Shown: positions 29,727-39,663 of the stretch, in pieces | Position numbering within the stretch: the first letter of the stretch is position 1 | Layout: every line of letters starts with the position of its first letter | NCBI GenBank assembly: GCA_965219995.1 | Contig: CBDCOX010000002.1 | Location: 2,528,001 to 2,592,000 of the forward strand | Reading direction: 5' to 3' | DNA: 64,000 nt | Source of the DNA: Candidatus Latescibacterota bacterium | GTDB taxonomy: Bacteria; Latescibacterota; UBA2968; GCA-2709665 | Program-made: the position numbers and the translations under genes | Notes under the pieces: generated by a model | Told to the model about the DNA's origin: nothing | Database searches by the model: none | The model's input: the letters and a program-made list of their open reading frames with translations, nothing else

Positions 29727-30021
29727 CGGTAGACGGTAGACGTTAGCCGGGAGATGATATCAGCGCCCAAAAAGGGTAGACGTAAGACGTGAGACGTGAG
29801 AGGATATCACTGCCATAAAGTGTTTCTTGTCGTTACGATAACGGTAAATTAGCAGGCACGGTTAGTGTGGAAACACTGCTGTAAATGTCTTCATCTACCG
29901 TCTACCGTCTTGCGTCTCACCGGTTTTATTGCCCCGTGCGGTTTCATCTTGTGCCGGAGGCATAAACGTAGAACCAATCGGGCAGGGATGTCATCTAACG
30001 TCTTGCGTCTCACGTCTCACC
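29727..30021. repeat. Nested heptamer-armed repeat element (same family as 10741-10892)
   Basis: GGTAGAC/GTGAGAC arrays at 29727 and 29775, inverted arrays at ~29891-29923 and ~29991-30021; shared core TTGTCGTTACGATAA...CAGGCACGGT. Confidence 0.7.
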
Positions 30022-31302
30022 AGGGGCCGGGCTGGATGGGTGCCGGTCCCGGGCTTCCTTTAACAGCGCGATCGCGCCTTCGCATATCCGGCTCTCTGAT
30101 TCCATCTCCAGCGGCGCGAACAACACCTCGTCGCCACCCTCCATGCGTGCGTGCTCCGTGGGCAGATACCCGACCTCCGGGCACGGGTTGCACAACAGCA
30201 GAACCCTGTCGAATGCGGCGGCCTCCCGGATGGCGAACGCGGTCTCCACGAAGGGTTCGCCGGGAATATGGATCAACGCGCTGTTGCCGAAGACAATCGC
30301 ATGAAAATCAAACGTACAGGACGTCCGGTCCCGGTAGGTCCGCGCCAGCCAGTATTCGTATCGCGCGAGCCCCTCAGCGGCGGCGGGGTTCGCCTCCCAT
30401 TCCTTCCGCGCGGCTTCGACGTCCGCCACGGGCTGCCGTTCAATCTCGACTGTGCGCCTGAAAAGGCCCAGTTCCACGTTGGCCCGCGGGGAGAGTCCGT
30501 CGTACACCTCCAGCGCCGATCGGGCCAGCGACCTGCCGATGCGCCCGCACGGGTCGTCCGTTTCCCGCACGGGATGGACGTTGCCCAGCGCGCCCTGGAT
30601 GAAAAGGCCGTCGATTCCTCGCTCGTCGAATCCGCCGACCACCACACCGGGGTAATCCGCCGAGACGTTGCCTCGCAAATCCCACAGGGCGAGCGCGTGA
30701 CAACCGAAATTCGCGAGCGCGATCGGCCGCCTGCCGTCCCGGTCGAACCGTACAACGCCTACCTGGCGATCCACAGCGTCATAGATCAGATCGTCCGGCG
30801 GCCTGGGAAACTCCGTCAGCGAGACCATCCGCAGATTGCCCTGAACATCGTGCGCGCGGCGGTTGTACTGCAGGCCCTGTTCCGCCGTACCTGTGCCGAC
30901 GGCCACGCGGGCGGGCGCAGCGTCGTCCCGGGCCGTTCGGACCGCTTCCGCCGCCGCCCGGGCGTAACGCGCCTCGTTTCCGAATTCCTTCAATGCCTCC
31001 GTGGGCTGATTCACGTAGAACTGGAACAGCGTCGGACCGGTCCCCATATGGCTGGCGCCCGGAAGGATCCAGGCGGGGTCCACGTCGGTTTCCGCCAGGT
31101 CCGCCGCCATCATGTCAAAACAGGCGTCGTCGAAAAGGAACAAATCGGCCGCCAGAAACGTGACCTGCCGGTCGCCCTGGCGCACGTGAAGCGCCCGAAA
31201 GAAGATGGGATCGTAGATTTCGAATGATTCGTGGGCGGGAGGCGTAATGTCCGCCTTGCCGAATCCCGCCAGCAACTGCCCGTTTTTGTTCGAGTCGCTC
31301 AT
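30010..31302 (-). CDS. Neutral-ceramidase-like hydrolase (N-terminal domain family)
   Basis: AGFGKADITPP, ASHMGTGP, YNRR, NFGCHA, VSADYPG, FIQGALGNV, IPGEPF, GYLPT. Confidence 0.7.
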   Translation of the reverse strand: MSDSNKNGQLLAGFGKADITPPAHESFEIYDPIFFRALHVRQGDRQVTFLAADLFLFDDACFDMMAADLAETDVDPAWILPGASHMGTGPTLFQFYVNQPTEALKEFGNEARYARAAAEAVRTARDDAAPARVAVGTGTAEQGLQYNRRAHDVQGNLRMVSLTEFPRPPDDLIYDAVDRQVGVVRFDRDGRRPIALANFGCHALALWDLRGNVSADYPGVVVGGFDERGIDGLFIQGALGNVHPVRETDDPCGRIGRSLARSALEVYDGLSPRANVELGLFRRTVEIERQPVADVEAARKEWEANPAAAEGLARYEYWLARTYRDRTSCTFDFHAIVFGNSALIHIPGEPFVETAFAIREAAAFDRVLLLCNPCPEVGYLPTEHARMEGGDEVLFAPLEMESESRICEGAIALLKEARDRHPSSPAPGET

Positions 31303-31669
31303 CAATGATTTCCTCGCACGTGGAATCGCTCGTTTCACTTTACCCTCAGCGGAGCCAGGCCCAAATTACCAGGCGCGCGGACCGCATCTCATCATAATAC
31401 CGTCGCTATTCGCTGTCAAGCCGGGATCGGGCGGGGTGGAGCGGCCTCCGGCAAACAAAGCCGACGCCGGGGATTAAGTGCTTGACATTGGCGTCCGGGC
31501 TTTATATTTGAGATAGGCCCGGGGGTTCGGCAACGTTTCGGCAAGATTCCCTGAAGAGAGCCGTGGGCCGCACGATGCCAACATGGCGTATTCGAAGAGC
31601 GTTAGATGCCAGGCCCCGGCCCACCCGCAAGCCGCCCGCGTCCTCTAAATAACGGAGAGACTGAACCTG

Positions 31670-34600
31670 ATGACGGATTTCCTGTTTGCAGCCTATTCAG
31701 CGGAGGTGCTTGCGGCAAGCGTCTTCCTCTTCCTGGTGATTGGATTGGCAAGACCGGCGGTTGCGTCCGGCATGCGCACCTACTATACCGATGCCCGGAT
31801 GGACGTGGTCCGGCACAACCTGGAGCATTATGATTGGGCGCGGGAGCATCGCTCTGGAATCTTGGAGAAAGCGGAGCATTGGGCCGGCTACGACGACGCG
31901 AAGCTGCGCACGCTCGTGTCGCCGCCCCAGGTACCGCGGGCATACCAGGTTCACAACGACGGGTGCCCGGTACACGGGGTCAAAGTCCATGAGCAGGGGC
32001 TGTACAGGTGGATTATCGACTTCGACCGCCCGTATAAAGTGACGTGTCCCGTGGGTGGAGAAACCTATCCCTCGAACGACTTCGAGGCGTTTCTGGCCAC
32101 GGACATGAAAGACAGGTCGCTGCTGACCGGTCCGTACGCCGACGACGGATGGGGGTGGCATCGCCCCGGAGACCCGGTACCGGCGAACTACTGGTTCGTG
32201 GCCTATTACGCGCACTGGAGCATGATGCGCTTCCTTATGGATGCGATTGAAGTCCTGGGCCAGGCGACCGTACTTGCGGACGATGGCGACGGTGCGAAGC
32301 GGTACGCGCACAAATGTGCGCTGCTGTTGTGGCAGCTTGCGGAATACTATCCGGACTACAAGTACGAAATCCAGTCCAGGGAGTCGAAGGAGCACAATCC
32401 CGAGTACACGGGAAAGTTGTTCAACAGGATCTGGGCAACACGACCTCCGCACACCTGCGCGATCGCGTACGACGCGGTGCGCCCCTATCTGGACGGCGAC
32501 GTCGAGTTCCACCGTTTGGCAGACAGAACAGGCGCCCAGATTGACGCGACAATGCGCGAGGGTCTGCTCCTGGAAGCGGCCAGGTGCATTATGGACGCGC
32601 CCGGCGGGCGTATCAGGGGCAACTACGGAATGCATCAGAAGGCGCTGTTGACGCTTGCCCAGGTTCTTGCGACCCCCAGCGGTCGTCCGCGCAGCGAGGA
32701 AATGGTGGAGTACGTTCTGGCGAACCCGAGTCCCTACACGGATACGGATATGGGATTGCGGGACGCGCTTGAGAACCTGGTGTACCGCGACGGAATGCCG
32801 CATGAGTCGCTCTCATACAATCGAATCTGGGTGCACGACTTGACGGAACTGGCTGCCCTGATGGTGGATTCGGGTGTGAACCTGTTCGAGCATCCGCGGT
32901 ACAGGAAACTGGTGACCTGGACGTTCGACGTTTGCATCGCGGGGAAGTTCACCCCGTCCACCGGAGATTCCGGGGACATGTTCGCACACGGCGGCGCCTG
33001 GGAGCCGGCCGTCTGTCAGCTCGCGCTTCCGTACGTGAACGACGCCCGCCTGGCGTGGGTCCTTAAGACGCAGCCGGGGGTCCGGCAGGACCTGTTCAGC
33101 AAACCGGTAGAGGCGCAGCATTCGGTAATTCAGGAAGGCGAAGCACCGGAGATCGGTCTGCGGTCGTTCCATTTTCCGGCGTACGGCATGGCCAATCTGC
33201 AATGCGGCGATGAACAGAACCGGTCGGCGGTCTCGCTCTTTTACGGAGACCACCAGGCCCACCGACATTTCGACCAGCTGAACATCCTGCTGTTCTCCCA
33301 CGACAACGCGCTGCTGACCGATATCGGGTACCCGGAACAGACCGACGCCTTCAATCACCGGCTCGCCGGTTTTTTCACCAATACCGTGGCGCACAATACG
33401 GTCGTGGTCGATGAGACGAGGCAGGGACGAGGTCCCGGGCGCCTGCACGGTCTGATTGCGGAGGGTTTCGCGCAGGTCGTGGACGCGTCCTGCGAGGGGA
33501 CCTATGACGGAAGGGTTGACGTCTACCGCCGTGCAAACATGCTGGTTGACGCGGCGCCCGGGCAGCACTATCTGTTCGACGTGTTCCATATCAACGGGGG
33601 CCGGCAGCACGACTACGTGCTTCACGGCAACCAGGCCGATTTCGACTGCCTGCCGGCGCTTGGGCCGGTCAGGAAACGTGGCACGCTGGCGGGTGAGGAC
33701 GTGCCCTACGAACAGTTCTACGACGATCCCGAGTTGAAGGACAAGCGGTTGTCCAGCGTGCCGTACAGGGGTTACCGCGGCAGCGGCTACCAGTTTCTGT
33801 ACAACGTGCGGGAAGGAAGATTGAACGGGGAGGCAGCCGCCGAGTGGCGCCTGACGGAACCCCTCGAAGGCCAGCCGGAACGCCCGTGGCGGGGGATTGG
33901 ACTTCGAGCCCATCTCATGGGAAGAGACGAGACGTTGTTCGCATGCGACGGACCGGTACAGAAATACAAGTACCTTCCCGAAAGCGTCAAGTTTCTTGTG
34001 CGCAGGCGAACCGGCGCCGATCTCTCCAGCATGTTCGCCACGGTGTTCGAACCTTATAAGGGCAGGTCATGGATCCGGCGCGCGACACGGTTGCAGCTGA
34101 CCCCGGAGGGCTTCGGGGCGGCCGCGGTCCGCGTGGACCTGGAAGACGGGAGCATTCATTATCTGTTTCACGCCCTCGACGCAGACCGGGAATATTCGAC
34201 GGAGGACGGGATCAGCGTTTCGGGGCAGGCAGCGTTTCTCGCGCTCGATGATAAGAAACGCCCCGTCCGGGCGATGCTGTTCAACGGCAGGACGCTGTCA
34301 ACGGGCGGATTCAGACTGGACGGAACGGGGATGCGCCGGAGCAGAATCGCCTCCGTCGATTACACGCGGGGCACAATCGAACTCGATGAACCCGTGATCG
34401 GCGACGACCTCGTTGCGGGGCAGGCCGTACCGGTCGTCTCGGACGGGTACTCCGACAGCGTAACGCTGTCGAAAGCGATGGATCGACGGCGGATTTCCAT
34501 CGGCGACGAAGACGTGCGGGTCGCGGGCGGACCCGTGTCCGGCGTGCAGGCGGACCGCCTCTTCTCCAGCGCGTCCAATCCGCATGCGTACGCGGGGATG

Positions 34601-34810
34601 ACCCTGCTGAACAGCGCGGGGGAACCTCAGGGCAGGTTGGCCGCAAGAGTGGACGGCGGCTGGCGGATTGACCGCGAGGGCAGAGGTCCGATGACATTGG
34701 AACACTTCCCCGTGGCCGACGGCGATCCCGGACCGCGTTATTCGGTCGCGATGGTGGGCGCGGGCGATCGGCTGGAGATTCCGAACCTGGTCATTTTCCC
34801 GGATGGATGA
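31670..34810 (+). CDS. Heparinase II/III-like protein
   Basis: 1046 aa; GNYGMHQ, HESLSYN, HRHFDQLNI, DIGYP, TVAHNTVVVD. Confidence 0.75.
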   Translation: MTDFLFAAYSAEVLAASVFLFLVIGLARPAVASGMRTYYTDARMDVVRHNLEHYDWAREHRSGILEKAEHWAGYDDAKLRTLVSPPQVPRAYQVHNDGCPVHGVKVHEQGLYRWIIDFDRPYKVTCPVGGETYPSNDFEAFLATDMKDRSLLTGPYADDGWGWHRPGDPVPANYWFVAYYAHWSMMRFLMDAIEVLGQATVLADDGDGAKRYAHKCALLLWQLAEYYPDYKYEIQSRESKEHNPEYTGKLFNRIWATRPPHTCAIAYDAVRPYLDGDVEFHRLADRTGAQIDATMREGLLLEAARCIMDAPGGRIRGNYGMHQKALLTLAQVLATPSGRPRSEEMVEYVLANPSPYTDTDMGLRDALENLVYRDGMPHESLSYNRIWVHDLTELAALMVDSGVNLFEHPRYRKLVTWTFDVCIAGKFTPSTGDSGDMFAHGGAWEPAVCQLALPYVNDARLAWVLKTQPGVRQDLFSKPVEAQHSVIQEGEAPEIGLRSFHFPAYGMANLQCGDEQNRSAVSLFYGDHQAHRHFDQLNILLFSHDNALLTDIGYPEQTDAFNHRLAGFFTNTVAHNTVVVDETRQGRGPGRLHGLIAEGFAQVVDASCEGTYDGRVDVYRRANMLVDAAPGQHYLFDVFHINGGRQHDYVLHGNQADFDCLPALGPVRKRGTLAGEDVPYEQFYDDPELKDKRLSSVPYRGYRGSGYQFLYNVREGRLNGEAAAEWRLTEPLEGQPERPWRGIGLRAHLMGRDETLFACDGPVQKYKYLPESVKFLVRRRTGADLSSMFATVFEPYKGRSWIRRATRLQLTPEGFGAAAVRVDLEDGSIHYLFHALDADREYSTEDGISVSGQAAFLALDDKKRPVRAMLFNGRTLSTGGFRLDGTGMRRSRIASVDYTRGTIELDEPVIGDDLVAGQAVPVVSDGYSDSVTLSKAMDRRRISIGDEDVRVAGGPVSGVQADRLFSSASNPHAYAGMTLLNSAGEPQGRLAARVDGGWRIDREGRGPMTLEHFPVADGDPGPRYSVAMVGAGDRLEIPNLVIFPDG

Positions 34811-35807
34811 AAAACAGAAAACGATCGTCGCGCTCCAGGAGGTCCGCAAGAGAGGTGTCGCCTGGCTTCTTCGACATCTGAACGCGGATGGCTCTCTCGG
34901 CGATCCGGCGGAAGGATTCCATTTCTACCGGGCGCCGTGGACGTTTACCATCGTCGGCGAAACCGGAGCGGCGGCGGGAATCTGCAACTGGATCCGGCGG
35001 GAGATGTTGACCGGTGAAGGCAGGATCGAAGGACCGTATCGCGTCTTCGACGACGCGTACGCGTACCGGAATGCCACACTGATCGCCGGCGCGCATCTCG
35101 CGCGCCAGTATGATCTGAGCCATGGTCTGATGCCGGATCTGCTGTCCTGGCATGATCCTGTGTCGGGAGGTTTTCACAACGACCGGACGGCCGACGGCGG
35201 CATGAGCGACTGCATGGACGTTCCATACGCGTGCGGCCCCGGGCTGGCCTGCCAGACGACCGGCCGCCTGGACGTCGCGCGTTCGGTCTATCGATTCTTG
35301 CGCCGGATTTACTCGGCGCAGACGGAAATGCCTGACCGGTTCTATTACGCCTGGTCGTGCGAGGCTGGCGGCACAATCAAGGAATTCCCTGAGAACGAGG
35401 CCTTCTGGCACGTGGTGGAAAACCGCGTTGACCGGCCGCAACGCTGGACCGTCGGGGGCATCGCAGCCGGGTTTCTGTGCAGGTTGTACCTGGCCGACCC
35501 ACGTGCCGAATACCTGGCGCTCGCCCGGAAGTACCAGACTTTTTCGATGGCGGCAACGGATGCGCAGTTCAAGTACGCGCAGGCCTGCAAGAGCAGCTGG
35601 GGAAGTTCGCTCCTGTATCAACTCACTGGCGAACGGGCATACCTGGACTGGTCAATTCGCATGGCCGATTGGTACATGCAGACCCAGCGGAGCGATGGGT
35701 GCTGGCGCTGGGAGGGTTACCTGACATTGGGGTCGCGAATCGAACTGACGCTGGAGTTTGTGATGCACGTGGACACGCTGATCGGCGGACTGGCGTCCGG
35801 GAAGTGA
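34803..35807 (+). CDS. Hypothetical (alpha/alpha)-barrel protein
   Basis: Overlaps the heparinase stop; LNADGS and QRSDGCW prenyltransferase-like repeats. Confidence 0.6.
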   Translation: MDEKQKTIVALQEVRKRGVAWLLRHLNADGSLGDPAEGFHFYRAPWTFTIVGETGAAAGICNWIRREMLTGEGRIEGPYRVFDDAYAYRNATLIAGAHLARQYDLSHGLMPDLLSWHDPVSGGFHNDRTADGGMSDCMDVPYACGPGLACQTTGRLDVARSVYRFLRRIYSAQTEMPDRFYYAWSCEAGGTIKEFPENEAFWHVVENRVDRPQRWTVGGIAAGFLCRLYLADPRAEYLALARKYQTFSMAATDAQFKYAQACKSSWGSSLLYQLTGERAYLDWSIRMADWYMQTQRSDGCWRWEGYLTLGSRIELTLEFVMHVDTLIGGLASGK

Positions 35808-35819
35808 GGAGGATGCTTC

Positions 35820-36833
35820 GTGCGGGTTCTCGTAACCGGGGCGACCGGTCGAATCGGGCGGCACCTCGTGCGCGGCCTGATGGCCACGGGGCACGAGGTT
35901 CGGGCGCTGGTGATGCCGAACGACCGCCGGGCGGCGTGTCTGCCACCCCGCGTCGAGATCGCATGCGGGCGCGTCGAGGAGCTTGACTCGCTTCGCCCGG
36001 CCGTCGATGGCGTGGACGCCGTGTTCCACCTGGCCGGCGCGCTGACGTCGCGAGGCTGCACCGACGAGGCCTTCATCCGGGTGAATATCCAGGGCACGTT
36101 CCATCTTCTGAAGGCCGTTCGCGAACGGGCGCCGGCTCTCGCGCACTTTGTCTACGCCAGCAGCGATGCCGTCTATTTTGAAAGGCCGGACGCGGATGCC
36201 CGGTACCTGCCCGTGGACGAAGACCATCCCCGGCTGTCCGGATCGGTCTACGGCGCCAGCAAGATCGGCGCGGAGGAACTCTGTCTGAGCTTCAGCCGCG
36301 GCATGGGGATCCCGGTGACGATCCTGCGTTTTGGCGCGACGGCGGACGCCGAGGAGCTCGTAGATCCGAGGAGCGTATTCGCACGCTGGCTGTTTCTGAA
36401 CGCGGCGATTGACCACGCCAGGGCATCGGTTGCGGCAACCGGTGAGCGGTCCGAGACGCTGGCGGCGTTGGCAGCGCTGCACTCCGGACCGGAACAGCTG
36501 GTCGTTTTGGCCGATCGCCGCGGCAATGCCGAAGTCCGCCAGTGGGCGGATGCACGTGATATCGCCGCGGGATGTATCCGCGTACTGGGGAGCGCGGAGG
36601 CGGTGGGAGAAGTATTCAATATGGGAGGACGCGAACCGCACTGCGCGGAGGCGTTCGTCAACTTTCTTTCTGCGCGACTGGATTTGACGTCTGTAAAAGC
36701 CTGCATTCCCACCGCACGACGGCCCTGGTATATCACCAGCCGCAAGGCGGAACGACTGCTGGGCTATCAAGCCCGGTACACGGTGTACGATATGGTGGAG
36801 GACGCAGTTCGGAAGCGGGAGACGCCGGTTTGA
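35820..36833 (+). CDS. NAD-dependent epimerase/dehydratase
   Basis: VTGATGRIG, VFHLAG, YASS, YGASK. Confidence 0.88.
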   Translation: MRVLVTGATGRIGRHLVRGLMATGHEVRALVMPNDRRAACLPPRVEIACGRVEELDSLRPAVDGVDAVFHLAGALTSRGCTDEAFIRVNIQGTFHLLKAVRERAPALAHFVYASSDAVYFERPDADARYLPVDEDHPRLSGSVYGASKIGAEELCLSFSRGMGIPVTILRFGATADAEELVDPRSVFARWLFLNAAIDHARASVAATGERSETLAALAALHSGPEQLVVLADRRGNAEVRQWADARDIAAGCIRVLGSAEAVGEVFNMGGREPHCAEAFVNFLSARLDLTSVKACIPTARRPWYITSRKAERLLGYQARYTVYDMVEDAVRKRETPV

Positions 36834-37597
36834 ACCTTGCATGCTGTGTATGGGCTATCGAGGGCCCGGAAAACGAGATTGCGGCGCGGGCGGCCGGGCT
36901 GGGGTTCGAGTGGATCGACGTAAGGCCGTTCGCTTTTTCTTCTCGCGGAGCACGGCGCAAAATCCGGGAGCACGGGCTTTCGGTTTCCTGTATCGCGGCA
37001 TCGTTCGGCATGCCGGATGGCGCCCGGCTGAGCAGCCCCGACCGGGACTCCCGGTCAGCAGCCGCATCCCATCTCGATAGGACGCTGGACTTTGGCGCAT
37101 CGCTGGGCGCATCAGCGGCGTACGTCGTTCCGGATGAAGACCCGTCGTCTCTGGACAGATACGCGTCGGCATTGAAGAGGCTGGCCGAACGGGGAGACGG
37201 ACTGGGCGTGCGGGTGTGCGTGGAACATTTCCCCGGTACCGCGCTGCCTACGGCCTCCGGGACGATCGGGTACCTGAGGGAAATCGGGCATCCCAACCTG
37301 TTTCTGCTTCTGGATATCGGCCACGCGCAGATGTCCGGCGAAGACCCCGCCGCGGCAATTTCGGACGCGGGCCCGCTGCTGGGATACGTGCATCTGGACG
37401 ACAACGACGGTTCGCGCGACCTGCATCTTGGCCTGACGGACGGCGTTCTGACCGAAGCAACGCTGGCCGATACCATTTCCGCGCTTACCGATATCGGTTA
37501 CCGAGGGAATCTGAGTCTGGAGTTACATCCGGAATTGCCCGATCCGCTCGATGCGCACAAGCGAAGCCGGGAGATCGTTCTGAACGCGATGGGGTGA
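36830..37597 (+). CDS. Sugar phosphate isomerase/epimerase
   Basis: TTG start overlapping the upstream stop; CVEH, LLDIGH, VHLDDNDG, SLELH. Confidence 0.8.
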   Translation: MNLACCVWAIEGPENEIAARAAGLGFEWIDVRPFAFSSRGARRKIREHGLSVSCIAASFGMPDGARLSSPDRDSRSAAASHLDRTLDFGASLGASAAYVVPDEDPSSLDRYASALKRLAERGDGLGVRVCVEHFPGTALPTASGTIGYLREIGHPNLFLLLDIGHAQMSGEDPAAAISDAGPLLGYVHLDDNDGSRDLHLGLTDGVLTEATLADTISALTDIGYRGNLSLELHPELPDPLDAHKRSREIVLNAMG

Positions 37598-37702
37598 AAA
37601 GCGGACATCCTGCGGAATCGGCGGCGCAACGGCAACAGCACATCATCCATACGTGCATATGAACCGCGGCATTGTGCCACCAAAAGAAACGGAGAGACCG
37701 AT

Positions 37703-37969
37703 TCAGACCCTGTGTTTGGGAGGGCGAGCCGGAACGCCTGCCAGCATGCCCTGAGCGCTTAAATCTTCATCTATGTCGGGCCAGCGGACTCCGATCCCAT
37801 CGCCGATTATTTCGTAGTTGGCGCGTTCCTCCGGTGTGGCTTCCGACAGCCGCCACGACCAGACAAGAGGAACACTGATTGTGCGACCGTCAACAAAGTC
37901 AGCCGTGATGGAGTCATCAGTAACCTCGATAAGCTGAATTCTCGGTTCCGGATTACCCGCAATGTTCAT
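37703..37969 (-). CDS. DUF2442 protein (putative antitoxin)
   Basis: DGRTISVPLVWSWRLSEATPEER...GVRWPDIDEDLS. Confidence 0.88.
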   Translation of the reverse strand: MNIAGNPEPRIQLIEVTDDSITADFVDGRTISVPLVWSWRLSEATPEERANYEIIGDGIGVRWPDIDEDLSAQGMLAGVPARPPKHRV

Positions 37970-38189
37970 CCCAGTTCTCCAGGATCAGAATTAGGTTCGC
38001 GCGGATTGCTCGACGAATTCGGTTGAGTTCATGGGGTGAAAAACCCTGATTCTTGCAAAGACTGATCGGTTCGAGCCAGAATTTGCAGATTCGTTTTTCC
38101 CGCTGAACGTGTACATGTTTCGGTTCGTTGCAGTCAAAGCTGAAGAAGAAGAATCGATAGGGACCGGTTATGTCTCTGATAGTTGGCCT
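37953..38189 (-). CDS. DUF4160 protein (putative toxin); canonical start codon appears mutated
   Basis: PTI...GPYRFFFFSFDCNEPKHVHVQRE...CKFWLEP; AGG at the expected ATG. Confidence 0.75.
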   Translation of the reverse strand, partial: RPTIRDITGPYRFFFFSFDCNEPKHVHVQREKRICKFWLEPISLCKNQGFSPHELNRIRRAIRANLILILENWDEHCG

Positions 38190-38498
38190 TCTTCTAGATA
38201 TCGACCCAACAGTCCAAAGATTAGCGAAAATCCGCCACAATGGCAACGGTTCAGCGTTGAGTCGGATTTCCATGACCTGAGACAACCGGTTAGAATTCAC
38301 GTCTGTAACCACGTGAATATATGCTGAATTATTATTGAAATCAATAGCGTTCAGGGTGCCCGATATGGGCTTGTAAACGGGTGTTAGCCGATATGCAATA
38401 GGCTCCGTCGAGGGGAATTAAGTCAAGTCCAACGAAAAATCCAGTGTCTCCCCGTACATGGCATACGGGTCCATTCAGACAAGAGGAAAGAGGCCGGA

Positions 38499-39605
38499 AT
38501 GCGAATAGACAGCGAAAAAGTCTACCTGTTTCGAGCACAGATTGAGGGGAACGAGGCGCCGTTCGAGGCATACAGGGACCTTGCCCAGGCGGCATTGCGG
38601 CGCGTGGACCTTGCGCTGCAGGAAGAGGGAACAATACTGCTCAAGCCGAATGCAACTGTCCTGTTTCCCGCGGAGAAACGAATTGTAACCCACCCGGGAT
38701 TCCTGGCGGGCATGGCCGACGCGCTCGTGGAGAAAGGCGTCAACGCCCGCCGGCTGATGGTCGCCGACGGACAATCCGGCGAACAACCGGAAAACGGGCA
38801 TACCTGGAAGGGGGCGGGTTACTCGAAGATGGCGGTCGAAAGAAACCTGGCGTTGACCGAATTGAACGACCGGCCGAGCAGAACGGTCCCTGTGCCCGGC
38901 GGCGAGGTGTTCGAAGCCTATCCGATCTATCGGGACGTGACGGACTGCGCGTTCTTTTTCAACGTGCCGCTGGCAAAGTGCCACAACCTGGGATGTACGA
39001 CTCTCGCCATCAAAAATCTGATGGGAATCCTGGCGCGGCCGGAGCGCCATCTGTGCCATATTCAGGAAGTCGACCGGCCGTATGAAAACGAGATATGGAG
39101 ACTGACCGATAGCGGATTGAGTCTCTTCGAAGACCGGTTCTACCACAAACTGTGCGACCTGGTGGCCGCCCTGCGTTCCCTGGATATTCCCCGGCTTTGC
39201 ATGGTCGACGGATTGATCGGACGAGACGGCACCGCGTTCAACGAGGGAGACAACTATCCGCTCGGGTGGACGTTGATCGGCGAGAACGAGGTGCACGTCG
39301 ATGCCGTGGCGACCTATCTGATGGGACTGGATCCCGTAAAGACGCCCTATCTGAAATTCGCCGCCGCGCGGGGCCTGGGCTGCAACCGGGTGGAAGAGAT
39401 CGAAGTGGTGGACCTGGCCAGCGGCGAATCCATGGATATGCAGACGCTGGCGGATGTCCGATCGGGAAAGACACTGATGCCCATCGCACGTTACGAGAGC
39501 GGCTATTACGATCGCTATCGCGCCGACGGTTCCGTCGTTCCCTGGCGGATTGACGATGTGAACAGGCAACGGAACGCGGACGGATTGGAGCCTGTTGCGG
39601 TGTAG
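38499..39605 (+). CDS. DUF362 domain protein
   Basis: LLKPN, VTHP, NVPLAKCH, TLAIKNLMG, VDGLIG, VDAVA. Confidence 0.85.
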   Translation: MRIDSEKVYLFRAQIEGNEAPFEAYRDLAQAALRRVDLALQEEGTILLKPNATVLFPAEKRIVTHPGFLAGMADALVEKGVNARRLMVADGQSGEQPENGHTWKGAGYSKMAVERNLALTELNDRPSRTVPVPGGEVFEAYPIYRDVTDCAFFFNVPLAKCHNLGCTTLAIKNLMGILARPERHLCHIQEVDRPYENEIWRLTDSGLSLFEDRFYHKLCDLVAALRSLDIPRLCMVDGLIGRDGTAFNEGDNYPLGWTLIGENEVHVDAVATYLMGLDPVKTPYLKFAAARGLGCNRVEEIEVVDLASGESMDMQTLADVRSGKTLMPIARYESGYYDRYRADGSVVPWRIDDVNRQRNADGLEPVAV

Positions 39606-39663
39606 TGTTCGATTCGGGGAGGGAGAATTCGCGGCCGAAGGGTCGGATTAACCAGAGAGCGGG

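Noticed and set aside
31516-31626. SRP (4.5S) RNA call for the long hairpin
   Set aside because: Length and 3' end are similar, but the conserved CAGG-GNRA-AGCA domain IV motif is absent on both strands
31655-31690. GAACCTGAT / CTGATGA resembling a TPP riboswitch or hammerhead core
   Set aside because: The other required elements (CTGAGA and the P4/P5 stems; stem II plus GAAA) are missing
38194-38397. Possible third MITE upstream of DUF4160 (ATATCGACCCAACA ... TGTTAGCCGATAT)
   Set aside because: The inverted match is short and needs an indel; too weak without genome-wide copies
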